Assembly: GCA_036280495.1 (NCBI GenBank)
Contig: DASUQU010000036.1
Coordinates: forward strand, 1 to 34,748
Length of the DNA stretch: 34,748 nucleotides
From: Thermomicrobiales bacterium
GTDB lineage: Bacteria > Chloroflexota > Chloroflexia > Thermomicrobiales > UBA6265
Reading direction: 5' to 3'
Shown: one piece after another, positions 9,220 to 18,088 of the stretch
Numbering within the stretch: the stretch's first letter is position 1
How the letters are laid out: every line of letters starts with the position of its first letter
Position numbers and translations under genes: made by a program
Notes under the pieces: generated by a model
What the model was told of the DNA's origin: nothing
The model's input: the letters and a program-made list of their open reading frames with translations, nothing else
The model's database searches: none

Positions 9220-9780
9220 CTAGCTGACCCGCTCGATGTATTCCCCGGACCGCGTGTCGATCTTCAGGGTATCGCCGATGTTGATGAACAGCGGAACATT
9301 GACGACCAGCCCTGTTTCCAGGGTCGCAGGTTTAGTTGCGCCGCTGGCGGTGTCGCCTCTCAACCCCGGATCGGTATTGGTCACGGTAAGGGTGACCGAT
9401 GGCGGTAACTCGATGTCGATCGGTTCCCCGTTGTAAGTCAACAGATCGACGACATCGTTCTCGCGAATGAATCTCCCCGACTCGCCGATCGTGGCCGCGT
9501 CGAGCACGACCTGGTCGAAGGTTTCAGTGTCCATGAAATGGTGCTGGTCGCCGTCCGCATAGAGATACTGAACGTGCTGCCGGTCGAGCCGGACTTGCGG
9601 AAACTTGGCTCCCGCCTGCACGGTGTGCTGCGTCAGCGACCCGGTGCGAAGGTCGCGAAGGGTCATCCGGACCTGGGCGGACCCGCGCCCTTGCTTGTTG
9701 TGAGAAAAATCGACGACCTTGACGAGCCGCCCGTCGAGGTTGAACGTCAGCCCCTTTCTCAGATCACCTGTTTCAATCAT
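9220..9780 (-). CDS. efp: Elongation factor P
   Basis: Full-length EF-P architecture, 186 aa, with C-terminal [12 protein letters not shown]. The beta3-beta4 loop reads [10 protein letters not shown], with Arg at position 32. Confidence 0.95.
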   Translation of the reverse strand: MIETGDLRKGLTFNLDGRLVKVVDFSHNKQGRGSAQVRMTLRDLRTGSLTQHTVQAGAKFPQVRLDRQHVQYLYADGDQHHFMDTETFDQVVLDAATIGESGRFIRENDVVDLLTYNGEPIDIELPPSVTLTVTNTDPGLRGDTASGATKPATLETGLVVNVPLFINIGDTLKIDTRSGEYIERVS

Positions 9781-9795
9781 CGACCACTACTTCTC

Positions 9796-10872
9796 CTATT
9801 TGGGGGCTGCCGAAAGGACATCGAGTCCCGTCGGGGTGACGACGCAGAGATCCTCGATACGGATGCCACCCCAGCCCTCGAAATACAACCCCGGCTCGAT
9901 CGTGACGACGTGGCCTGGCTCCATGACATCGTCTGAGTTCTTTCCCAGGGACGGAAACTCATGAATGTTCAGCCCGACGCCATGCCCGAGCCCGTGAACG
10001 AACTGCTCGCCATAGCCTGCGGCGGAGAGCGCGTCCCTGGCGACCGCGTCCGCCTCCCGGCCAGTCATCGTGGCTCGGATCTGCGCGAGTGCACGTCGTT
10101 GAGCGCTCAGCACGGTATTGTATCTGTCGGTGAACTCGGGCGGCGGTTCGCCGAGACAGATGGTGCGGGTGAGATCGGCCGAGTACCCGCCGATCATCGC
10201 GCCCATATCGATCACCACCGGTTCGCCTGCCGCAATTGGTCGATCACTCGGGTCGTGATGCGGACGCGCGCCGTGCGGTCCGGCGGCGACGATGACCGGG
10301 AACCCGGGACCATCCGCGCCAAGGTCGCGCATCCCAGTCTCGATCTGCCACGCCAGTGCTTTCTCGGTCATGCCGGGCTCAGCGGCTGCTGTCGCCGCGG
10401 TGAACGCTGCATCCGTAATCCGCGCCGCCTCGGCAATCATGGCGAGCTCCTGGTCGGATTTCACCGCTCGTAGTGCGTGAAATCCGTTGTCGACCGGAAC
10501 GAGCTGAATCACTCCTGCCGAGCCCAGAATGCCCGTATGGTCCGCGACGGAGAGGGCGCGGTCTTCGAACGCCACACGTTGAACCCCCAATAACCGCAAC
10601 TCCTCGCCGAGGAATTTCGGCCAAGGTCTGCTCCACGGTCGGACCGTCACCGGTGGCCGAACCGCGCTCTCGGCCCATGGCAAATTCGTCGGGCTGGTAT
10701 AGAGAGCCGCCAACTCCTCCGACACGACGAGGACCCCCGATGACTCATCCGGGGCGTGGTCCCCAGCGGGGAATCCTGAGAAATAGTGGCGGTTGGCGGG
10801 ATGTGTGACAATCGCCGCCTCGGCCCCAATGGCCGCCGCCGCTTCCCGCAACCGACGTAGGCGATCGATCAT
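9796..10872 (-). CDS. pepP: M24-family Xaa-Pro aminopeptidase/dipeptidase
   Basis: Creatinase-like N-domain plus M24 catalytic domain with metal ligands in context ([31 protein letters not shown]). ATGA overlap with the aroQ stop at 10869-10872. Confidence 0.85.
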   Translation of the reverse strand: MIDRLRRLREAAAAIGAEAAIVTHPANRHYFSGFPAGDHAPDESSGVLVVSEELAALYTSPTNLPWAESAVRPPVTVRPWSRPWPKFLGEELRLLGVQRVAFEDRALSVADHTGILGSAGVIQLVPVDNGFHALRAVKSDQELAMIAEAARITDAAFTAATAAAEPGMTEKALAWQIETGMRDLGADGPGFPVIVAAGPHGARPHHDPSDRPIAAGEPVVIDMGAMIGGYSADLTRTICLGEPPPEFTDRYNTVLSAQRRALAQIRATMTGREADAVARDALSAAGYGEQFVHGLGHGVGLNIHEFPSLGKNSDDVMEPGHVVTIEPGLYFEGWGGIRIEDLCVVTPTGLDVLSAAPK

Positions 10873-11357
10873 TGTGTCGCCTCACGCGCCAGACCGCGAC
10901 GCGCGATCAGATGGAGAAGCGCTAGCCGATAGCCATCCGGACCGAAACCAGCGATCTGGCCGAGAGCGACCGGAGCGACGACAGAGTGATGCCGGAACTC
11001 CTCGCGGGCGTGAATATTTGACAGATGAACCTCGATTGTCGGCGTGCTGACGGCTACCAGTGCATCGCGCAGGGCGATGCTGTAATGGGTCAGCGCCCCG
11101 GGATTGATGATGATGCCGACCGCCGACGGGCCGAGCGTCTGAATCGCATCCACCAGGGCTCCCTCGTGGTTGGATTGCACGTGCTCGATTCGCAGTGAAG
11201 GATCCGCGCCATCAGTCACGGTCTCCAGGTCCGCCACGATCTGGGCGAGGGTCGTGCTCCCGTAGACGCCGGGCTCCCGGGTGCCGAGCAGATTGAGGTT
11301 TGGCCCGTTGAGGACCAGCACGTAATCCCGGGCCTGCCCCGGCGCTGGCTCGCTCAT
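10869..11357 (-). CDS. aroQ: 3-dehydroquinate dehydratase, type II
   Basis: [52 protein letters not shown]. Confidence 0.92.
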   Translation of the reverse strand: MSEPAPGQARDYVLVLNGPNLNLLGTREPGVYGSTTLAQIVADLETVTDGADPSLRIEHVQSNHEGALVDAIQTLGPSAVGIIINPGALTHYSIALRDALVAVSTPTIEVHLSNIHAREEFRHHSVVAPVALGQIAGFGPDGYRLALLHLIARRGLAREATQ

Positions 11358-11377
11358 CGGAAACCCACGCGGGCCAC

Positions 11378-13384
11378 TCAGCTCAGGACCGGGTCGACCG
11401 CCGTGATCCGGCGCAATTCGATGATCTGATCTCTGAGGAGCGCCGCCTTCTCGAACTCGAGGTCGCGCGCTGCCGCTTTCATCTGCCCCTCGAGCTCCTT
11501 GACCATCCGCATCAGCTCGTCACGCGGGATCTCGGTGATGATCCCTGGTTTGCCCCCTGCGGCATAACCGGTTTGCTCCTCGGCGACCGCGCGGACGCGG
11601 TCCGTGATGTCTTTGATCTCCTTGACGATGCCGCGCGGGACGATGCCGTTTCTCTCGTTGTGGGCGATCTGCAGGGCGCGGCGACGGTAGGTTTCGTCGA
11701 TAGCCGCCTTCATCGAGCGAGTCATAGTGTCGGCGTACATGATGACCTGACCGTCGACATGGCGAGCGGCGCGTCCAATGGTTTGAATCAGTGAGCCTTC
11801 CGAGCGGAGGAAGCCCTCTTTGTCGGCATCCAGAACGGCGACCAATGAGACCTCGGGCAAGTCGAGTCCTTCGCGGAGCAGGTTGATGCCGACGACGACA
11901 TCGTAAACGCCGAGGCGGAGGTCGCGCAGAATTTCCACCCGCTCCAGGGTGTCGATCTCGCTGTGAAGGTAGTGGGTGCGAATGCCCATCTCCTTGAAGT
12001 AGTCGGCAAGATCCTCCGCCATGCGCTTGGTCAGCGTCGTCACGAGGGCTCGCTGACCCGCTGCGACACGGGCGTTGATCTCGCCAAGAAGGTCGTCGAT
12101 CTGGCCCCTGGTCGGGCGCACGGAGATGGCCGGATCGATCAACCCGGTCGGACGGATCACTTGCTCGACGATCTGCTCACTGTGCTCTTGTTCGTACGGA
12201 CCGGGCGTTGCCGAGACGAAGACTGCTTGGTGGATCATGCGCTCGAACTCGGAAAATGTTAGTGGACGGTTGTCGCGAGCGGAGGGAAGGCGGAATCCGT
12301 GCTCGACCAGCACATCCTTTCGCGAGCGATCTCCCGCGTACATCCCGCGCACTTGGGGGATCGAGATGTGCGACTCGTCGATGAAGAGCAGGAAGTCATC
12401 GGGGAAGTAATCAAGGAGCGTGGATGGCTGTTCCCCCGGTTTACGGCGAGACAGGTGCATCGAGTAGTTCTCGACCCCCGCACAGTAACCAGTCTCCTGA
12501 AGCATCTCGAGGTCATACATGGTACGCTGACGAAGTCTTGCGGCCTCCAGTTGCTTGCCCTCGGCCTCGAGTTCCTGCAGACGCTCTTCCAGCTCCTGCT
12601 CGATATCGCGAATCGCCGCGCGGAGCTTGTCCTCGGTCGTCACGAAGTGCTTCGCGGGGTAGACATCGACTTCGAGCCGCTCCACAAGCAGTTCGCCGGT
12701 CAACGGATCCACCTCGACGATTCGCTCGACCTCGTCACCGAAGAACTCGACGCGCAGCGCGATGTCCTCGTATGCCGGAAAGATCTCCAGGGTGTCGCCT
12801 CGCACCCGGAAGGTTCCGCGCACGAGCGTCATGTCATTTCGGTCGTACTGAATGTCGATCAAGTGCCGCACGATCTTATCTCGCCGCGCTTGACTGCCGC
12901 GGCGAAGTGATACGACCGTCTGCGAATATTCCTCCGGCGAGCCCAAACCATAGATGCATGAGACCGAGGCGACGATGATGACGTCGCGCCGGGTGAGCAG
13001 CGCTCGGGTGGCGGCGTGGCGCAACTTGTCGATCTCTTCGTTGATGTCCGCGTCTTTCTCGATGAATGTGTCGGTGCGCGGGACGTACGCTTCAGGCTGG
13101 TAATAGTCGTAATAGGAGACGAAGTACTCGACGGCGTTGTTTGGAAAGAACTCCTTGAACTCCGCATAGAGCTGCGCCGCAAGGGTCTTGTTGTGGGCGA
13201 GAACGATGGTCGGGCGGTTCACCTTTTCGATGACATTGGCCATCGTAAAAGTCTTGCCTGACCCGGTGACACCCAACAGTGTCTGGAATCGCTTGCCGGC
13301 AATCAGACCCTCGATGAGCTGCTCGATTGCGGTCGGCTGGTCGCCAGTCGGTTTCAGGTCGGAGACGATTGTGAGGTCGGGCAT
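11378..13384 (-). CDS. uvrB: Excinuclease ABC subunit B
   Basis: Unmistakable UvrB: [12 protein letters not shown], the beta-hairpin region, DESH, helicase motifs and a C-terminal UVR domain ([18 protein letters not shown]). ATG 13384 lies 6 nt after AGGAG (13395-13391). The ORF-track GTG at 13390 abuts the SD. Confidence 0.95.
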   Translation of the reverse strand: MPDLTIVSDLKPTGDQPTAIEQLIEGLIAGKRFQTLLGVTGSGKTFTMANVIEKVNRPTIVLAHNKTLAAQLYAEFKEFFPNNAVEYFVSYYDYYQPEAYVPRTDTFIEKDADINEEIDKLRHAATRALLTRRDVIIVASVSCIYGLGSPEEYSQTVVSLRRGSQARRDKIVRHLIDIQYDRNDMTLVRGTFRVRGDTLEIFPAYEDIALRVEFFGDEVERIVEVDPLTGELLVERLEVDVYPAKHFVTTEDKLRAAIRDIEQELEERLQELEAEGKQLEAARLRQRTMYDLEMLQETGYCAGVENYSMHLSRRKPGEQPSTLLDYFPDDFLLFIDESHISIPQVRGMYAGDRSRKDVLVEHGFRLPSARDNRPLTFSEFERMIHQAVFVSATPGPYEQEHSEQIVEQVIRPTGLIDPAISVRPTRGQIDDLLGEINARVAAGQRALVTTLTKRMAEDLADYFKEMGIRTHYLHSEIDTLERVEILRDLRLGVYDVVVGINLLREGLDLPEVSLVAVLDADKEGFLRSEGSLIQTIGRAARHVDGQVIMYADTMTRSMKAAIDETYRRRALQIAHNERNGIVPRGIVKEIKDITDRVRAVAEEQTGYAAGGKPGIITEIPRDELMRMVKELEGQMKAAARDLEFEKAALLRDQIIELRRITAVDPVLS

Positions 13385-13461
13385 TCCCACTCCTGTGAAG
13401 ACCGGGTCAGAACAGGACGCACGGTCGTGGGTGATTGTAATTCGGCGCTTTCGAGAAGGGA

Positions 13462-13923
13462 CTAGCGGATGCGGTAGAACTCAGCTTCCGGTCCACCCGC
13501 TCCGATGATGTCGTCGATATGCCGCACAGACCAACGCTGCCCGGACCAGAGCAGTCGCGCCGTTGCCTCGTCCCGCTCACACCACTCGTAGCCGAGGAAA
13601 TCGGCACCAGGATTGATCCTCGCCTGAGGCTCGACCTCGAATGCGAAGACTGGAATCAGGACGATGGCGTCCCGCGCATGGTCGAAGATCTGATTGACAT
13701 AGTCTGCGCTATAGACGGCTCGCGCCATGAGACCCGTGGTCTCCGCGAGCACCCGTTCGGCTGCAATGATAGTCGTTTCCTCAGGCGCCACACGCGCGTG
13801 GATGGCTTGCCAAGAACTGCCGAACGGCGCGTCAGCGCGGCGCTGCAAGAGTAAGAACTGCAGCCGGGCATTGAGGCGCCGCACGACGTAGGCGTCTACG
13901 GCATCGGAGATCAGCGTAGCCAC
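13462..13923 (-). CDS. NUDIX-family hydrolase (degenerate Nudix box)
   Basis: Nudix-like segment [20 protein letters not shown] approximates the GX5EX7REUXEEXGU box. Size is 153 aa. The GTG start lies 7 nt after AGGAG. Confidence 0.55.
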   Translation of the reverse strand: MATLISDAVDAYVVRRLNARLQFLLLQRRADAPFGSSWQAIHARVAPEETTIIAAERVLAETTGLMARAVYSADYVNQIFDHARDAIVLIPVFAFEVEPQARINPGADFLGYEWCERDEATARLLWSGQRWSVRHIDDIIGAGGPEAEFYRIR

Positions 13924-13972
13924 CGATCAGCTCCTGCTGCGGTTGCCGTGATCTGAAGCGAACGAGGGCAGT

Positions 13973-14422
13973 TCATCTGGACGGTCCCCTAGGGCCCCGC
14001 CGGGGAGGGATTCGCGCCAGGTCAAAACCAGGGGGATCGTCGTCGTCGCCAAGGTCTCGCCCGCGCCACCGCGGAGCGCTGCCGGGCCCTGATACGCGGG
14101 ATGGGACCCACAATGAAAAGAACGCGATTGCGCTCGCAATCGCCAACACGATGGCCCCGAGACGAAACGCCTCGCCGATGAGCGCCGCTGCGATCGCGAG
14201 GAGGAGGGCGGCACCAATCTTGAACAGCCCCTGGGGCCATTGTCGGAGCCGCCACGGCTCATGCGCGCTCTTCGACAAGCGCGCCCGAGCCGATGCACTC
14301 TGGCGGCGCACGGTCGCTTGAACATTCTCAACCGGCGACTTTGCGGCGTTGGCGCGTTCGAGAATCTCGAGTACCTCGCGCTCGACGCGAGAGGATTTTT
14401 CCCCCGGGTCGCGAGCGTTCAT
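13973..14422 (-). CDS. Hypothetical small membrane protein (two predicted TM helices)
   Basis: No family recognised. It has a charged N-terminal region, two hydrophobic helices (LFKIGAALLLAIAAALIGEAF, LGAIVLAIASAIAFFSLWV) and an Arg/Gly/Asp/Pro-rich tail. Its start overlaps the tyrA stop in ATGA (14419-14422). Confidence 0.5.
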   Translation of the reverse strand: MNARDPGEKSSRVEREVLEILERANAAKSPVENVQATVRRQSASARARLSKSAHEPWRLRQWPQGLFKIGAALLLAIAAALIGEAFRLGAIVLAIASAIAFFSLWVPSRVSGPGSAPRWRGRDLGDDDDPPGFDLARIPPRRGPRGPSR

Positions 14423-15459
14423 TGACGGGCAGCCGGGGGCGACGGGTCGTCGCGTCGAGGAGGCGTTCGCAATCGCTTGGCGAATCCGCCGAGGAACATC
14501 CTGCCCATATGGTCGGAGACGCTCTCTGGCTGCAACTCGGCGGCCGTCCCTTGCAGGAGCTCACCTTCGCGGGTCGTCTGTGTCGCCCACACTGCGCGTG
14601 CGTCCCGCGCTTCGGTAAAGAAGGCCTCGAGGGACGCTGACGCGGGCTCATCGCCGGATGCCAGAGACTGGCGGATCTCACCAAGGGTTCCGACGACTGC
14701 GTCGATCCAACGAGTCACCGCGTCGCGATTCGTCAGGAGAATATCCCGATGCATGGCCGGGCTACCGGCCGCAAGCCGCGTCGTGTCGCGAAAGCCGCCC
14801 GCGGTCAAGGTTTTCATGTCGCGCCAGGATGGATCCCGCGACACCGCGTTCATGAGGACTGCGCTGAGAACGAACGGCAGGTGACTCACGCCGGCGACAA
14901 ACGCATCGTGCTCGTCCGGGTCGATGAAGAACGGTTCGGCGCGCGCCGCGGCGATCAAACCCAACACGGTGCGCACCGCCTCTTCGGACGCGGTTACCGA
15001 GGGGGATACGCACCAGGTTGCCCCGACAAAGAGGTCTGCGTCGGCGCCCTCGATGCTTTGGGTCTTTCCCGCCATGGGGTGAGTGCCAATGAAGTGGACT
15101 TCGCGAGGCAAGATCTCCCCAGACCATTTCAGGACCTGGGCCTTGGTCGAGCCGGTATCGGCCACAATGGCGCCGGGCCGGAGATGGGGGGCAATGTCCT
15201 GCATGACGGCGCGCATGCTATTCACTGGAGTGGCAAGGATGACGACGTCTGCATCGCGAGCCGCCTTGGACAGATCCCACGCGCCCTTGTCGACAGCGCC
15301 AAGTTTTTCCGCGGCGCGTTGGTGATCCAGATTGGGATCGAAGCCGATCACTTCGAGCGGCTTGCGTCCATCGACTTTCCGCTCCTCGGACCAGCGGCGC
15401 AGGGCGAGTCCGATCGAACCACCGATCAGCCCCAATCCGACGATCAGCACACGTTGCAT
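14419..15459 (-). CDS. tyrA: Prephenate dehydrogenase
   Basis: N-terminal Rossmann motif VLIVGLGLIGGSIGLAL, then HFIGTHPMAGK, and a C-terminal dimerisation domain typical of TyrA/PDH. Confidence 0.85.
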   Translation of the reverse strand: MQRVLIVGLGLIGGSIGLALRRWSEERKVDGRKPLEVIGFDPNLDHQRAAEKLGAVDKGAWDLSKAARDADVVILATPVNSMRAVMQDIAPHLRPGAIVADTGSTKAQVLKWSGEILPREVHFIGTHPMAGKTQSIEGADADLFVGATWCVSPSVTASEEAVRTVLGLIAAARAEPFFIDPDEHDAFVAGVSHLPFVLSAVLMNAVSRDPSWRDMKTLTAGGFRDTTRLAAGSPAMHRDILLTNRDAVTRWIDAVVGTLGEIRQSLASGDEPASASLEAFFTEARDARAVWATQTTREGELLQGTAAELQPESVSDHMGRMFLGGFAKRLRTPPRRDDPSPPAARQ

Positions 15460-15508
15460 GGGCGGCTACTCGCTTTCTTCGAGCGACCGGGAAGGACGAA
15501 AACGCCCG

Positions 15509-16042
15509 TCACGGTTGATAGGGCTCTGTATCGATCTCGCGGATCCAGCCTTCATCGCCGGCTTCGTTACGGAACCTCATCCACCGATCGCCGTCGCTCG
15601 GGTTCTCCGTCGGTGCGTCCTCGTTCAGGTACTGAAGCGGGGTACCTGGCGGAAGAGCGATGATAATGGGGTCCGTCGTTGATGGCCCAGAACGAAAATT
15701 CACCGATTGACCGGCGCCAATCTGATGCGTAGGTCCGAAGCTGTCAGCCGTCGGCGAATTGGTCGGTGCCGCCGCTGGTGGGGGCTGGGTCGGTTCGGGT
15801 TGCGCCGCGATTTCCTGTTCTTCGGCGGCCGGTTGTTGACCGGCCGGTTCGGCCGTTGATTGAACCTGGGCGGCCGGCGCAACGACGGGGATCAGATCCG
15901 AGAATGGTCGCGAGAGCCAGGCGAAGAGCCCGGCCGCCCCGAAAATGCAGATTGCGATAGCGAGAACCATCGTGATGCCGACCATGAGGCCGGCGCGACG
16001 TGATTGCTGCCTGAGTCGCGTGCTGAGTCCAGAGTCGGTCAT
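15509..16042 (-). CDS. Single-pass membrane protein with a C-terminal bacterial SH3 (SH3b) domain
   Basis: Short basic N-terminus, one TM helix (LMVGITMVLAIAICIFGAAGLFAWL), a Pro/Ala/Gln/Glu-rich linker, and an SH3b-like segment (VNFRSGPSTTDPIIIALPPGTPL...WMRFRNEAGDEGWI). Confidence 0.65.
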   Translation of the reverse strand: MTDSGLSTRLRQQSRRAGLMVGITMVLAIAICIFGAAGLFAWLSRPFSDLIPVVAPAAQVQSTAEPAGQQPAAEEQEIAAQPEPTQPPPAAAPTNSPTADSFGPTHQIGAGQSVNFRSGPSTTDPIIIALPPGTPLQYLNEDAPTENPSDGDRWMRFRNEAGDEGWIREIDTEPYQP

Positions 16043-16215
16043 ACCAAGGTGTACCCGACCGACGGTGGCGCAGGTACGGGACCATCATCCATTAACGCGG
16101 ACGCGAGTGTAGCATGTGCCGCTGGACGCCTCTCTTTCCCCCTGCAGGTTGCTGTCCGATCGCGGTTGAGCGGCAATTAGTACCATCTGAGGCCATGTCA
16201 CCAGAGAGAGGCGTC

Positions 16216-16244
16216 TTGTGCTTGTGCGCGCGGGCCGCTACTCT
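16216..16244 (+). promoter_or_regulatory. Candidate promoter (TTGTGC-17 nt-TACTCT) ending ~10 nt before the M50-CBS start codon
   Basis: By-eye hexamers at 16216-16221 and 16239-16244. The predicted TSS would fall at or next to TTG 16251 / ATG 16254. Confidence 0.25.
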
Positions 16245-16253
16245 CCATGATTG

Positions 16254-17402
16254 ATGAGAACCATTACCGTCGGTCGCGTCCACGACATCGACATCCGATT
16301 GCACCCGACCTTCGCCCTCGTTTTCTTGTGGGTGCTGATCGACTGGCGCCGTATCGGGGCTGGGGTCGGCATGCCGGCCATCATTTTCACCCTCATTCTG
16401 GTCATCCTTATCTTCGCGTGTGTTCTCTTGCATGAGTTTGGCCACGCGTTCATGGCTCGCCAGCACGGCGTTCGTGTCCACGATGTATCGCTCTCGGCTG
16501 TCGGCGGAGTCGCACGCATGGAGCAACTCCCTGCGGAGCCGCGTGCCGAGGTGCTCATCGCAATGGCCGGCCCGGCGGCCAATTTCGCACTGGTCGTCGC
16601 TCTGGCGCCGGTCGTACTTCTGATCGGAGTCATCAGCGGCTTTTCGTCTGTCGAAGACTATGCCTCGACGGTTTTCCACCCATCGCTTGCTGGCCTAGCC
16701 ACGACCTTACTCTACGCAAACGTGCTGATCATCGTCTTCAATCTCATGCCGGCCTTCCCGATGGATGGCGGCCGGGTCTTTCGTGCGGGGCTGACCACAA
16801 TATTTGGACGCGAAGCTGGAACTCGCGTTGCGGTACTCGTGGGCGAGGCGTTTGCCGGCCTCCTTCTCCTTTTCAGCCTCTTCGTCGCGCAGAGCGTAAT
16901 TCTCGTCCTACTCTCAGCGTTCGTCATGATCGTGGCCTACGCCGAAGATCGCGCCGTCCGTGTGGAAAGCGCGATGCGTCGCATGCGCGTCGGGCAGTTT
17001 GCTCTCTGGGATATGGGTGGGATTGCTCCCGAGCAACCGCTTGCCAGTGCCCTCAGGGGCGGGTTGCGGGATATCGCGGTAACCAAAGACGGCCGGGTAG
17101 TCGGAATGCTGTGGCGGAATCAGTTGCTCACGGAACTGAGCAAATCCCCAAATGGGCGAACGGTTGCGGAGGCGATGGAACGGAATCCGGTCACTGTCGA
17201 CGCCGATATGCCGCTTCACGATGTCCAGCGGCTCATGGACGAGGAGAACCGGTGGGCTGTTCCGGTCCTGGAAGCCGGAATGTACCGCGGCATCTTTACC
17301 GGAGATCGTTTCCTTCACATCTATCGCCAGCTCTCTCCAGATCCGGCGCGATCAATGCGGGAGCTGCTGGATCGTGGCCCGCTTGCTCGACTGCGGGCCT
17401 AA
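16254..17402 (+). CDS. M50-family (site-2 protease) zinc metalloprotease with a C-terminal CBS-domain pair
   Basis: HExxH (HEFGHAFMARQHG), a second metal-ligand motif (NLMPAFPMDGGR), multiple TM helices, then two CBS-like repeats (IAVTKDGRVVGML..., WAVPVLEAGMYRGIFT). The ORF track starts at TTG 16251; ATG 16254 is the next codon. Confidence 0.85.
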   Translation: MRTITVGRVHDIDIRLHPTFALVFLWVLIDWRRIGAGVGMPAIIFTLILVILIFACVLLHEFGHAFMARQHGVRVHDVSLSAVGGVARMEQLPAEPRAEVLIAMAGPAANFALVVALAPVVLLIGVISGFSSVEDYASTVFHPSLAGLATTLLYANVLIIVFNLMPAFPMDGGRVFRAGLTTIFGREAGTRVAVLVGEAFAGLLLLFSLFVAQSVILVLLSAFVMIVAYAEDRAVRVESAMRRMRVGQFALWDMGGIAPEQPLASALRGGLRDIAVTKDGRVVGMLWRNQLLTELSKSPNGRTVAEAMERNPVTVDADMPLHDVQRLMDEENRWAVPVLEAGMYRGIFTGDRFLHIYRQLSPDPARSMRELLDRGPLARLRA

Positions 17403-17443
17403 CAACCGCGTATGCACCACGCACTCGAATCCCGCGGATTGCC

Positions 17444-17472
17444 TTGATTGGATCCGTGCGGGGCAGTACGAT
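17444..17472 (+). promoter_or_regulatory. Candidate promoter for the Rrf2 / cysteine desulfurase pair (TTGATT-17 nt-TACGAT)
   Basis: By-eye hexamers at 17444-17449 and 17467-17472, about 57 nt upstream of ATG 17529. Confidence 0.35.
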
Positions 17473-17528
17473 CACCACCTTACGGGCCACCCTCCCTTTG
17501 TGCATACACAGGCACACGCAGGACGGCC

Positions 17529-17999
17529 ATGAAAGTATCTTCTCGAGGCGAATATGGCGTCCGGGCAATGGTCGCCCTGGCCAAGAACTACGGCCATGGC
17601 CCGATGTCGATCGCGGCCGTCTCCAAAGCGTCTTCGGTCCCGATGCCGTATCTGGAGCAACTGATCGGACCATTGCGCCGTGCCGGTCTGGTGCAGAGCA
17701 CACGCGGCGCCCGCGGTGGATATCAGCTCACGCGCGATCCGTACGAGGTCCGAGTGGGAGAAGTCTATCGGGTCATGGAGGGCCCGGTTGCCCCCATGGA
17801 GTGTGTCTCCGAGGATCTTTCGGAACAAACTTGCCCGTTGATTCCAGGGTGCGAGACACGACCGGTATGGCTTCAGATGCGTGACGCCATTGTCAAAACG
17901 TTGGACTCGACGACTCTTGGCGATTTGATCAGTCAGTCGCCAAGAGCCGCCGCTAGCCAACAGGGCATCAGTAATAAGCAGTCGACTGCTCTCGGTTAG
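17529..17999 (+). CDS. Rrf2-family transcriptional regulator (IscR/CymR-like) with three candidate cluster-ligand cysteines
   Basis: Canonical Rrf2 N-terminus MKVSSRGEYGVRAMVALA with a wHTH (SIAAVSKASSVPMPYLEQLIGPLRRAGLVQSTRGARGGYQL). It also has a Cys triad in MECVSEDLSEQTCPLIPGC. The ORF-track start at 17448 adds 27 non-conserved residues. Confidence 0.85.
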   Translation: MKVSSRGEYGVRAMVALAKNYGHGPMSIAAVSKASSVPMPYLEQLIGPLRRAGLVQSTRGARGGYQLTRDPYEVRVGEVYRVMEGPVAPMECVSEDLSEQTCPLIPGCETRPVWLQMRDAIVKTLDSTTLGDLISQSPRAAASQQGISNKQSTALG

Positions 18000-18088
18000 T
18001 CCAGGTCTAGATCCCGATCCGGCCCGCAACGGAATGGCATGTGGCGCCCGGGTCTCAACGAGCGCATCGCAGAATCCGGCGAAATTCC

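Noticed and set aside
13391-13461. Search for an SOS (LexA) box upstream of uvrB
   Set aside because: No GAAC-N4-GTTC (Cheo-type) or CTGT-N8-ACAG palindrome on either strand. The only features are a TACAAT-like -10 (13439-13434) and isolated GAAC/GTTC half-sites. I therefore make no LexA-site claim.
14749-15663. 304-aa plus-strand ORF opposite tyrA. Similar shadow ORFs lie at 6034-6846, 12299-12978, 17111-17884, 28432-29127 and 29048-29812.
   Set aside because: All are antisense to, or out of frame with, strongly supported genes. They show the Arg/Gly/Ala-rich composition expected from GC-rich non-coding frames.
17499-17518. TGTGCATACACAGGCACACG between the candidate promoter and the Rrf2 start, considered as an Rrf2/IscR operator
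   Set aside because: Only 3-bp palindromic arms (GTG...CAC), with no match I can defend to known IscR or CymR sites.
17448-17528. ORF-track 5' extensions of several genes: Rrf2 from 17448, desulfurase from 18041, oppF from 22751, hslV from 28799, oppB from 31431, scpB from 20010
   Set aside because: The extensions add non-conserved residues ahead of canonical family N-termini. In several cases they overlap the upstream gene extensively. Internal starts with a plausible SD or stop-start coupling fit better.
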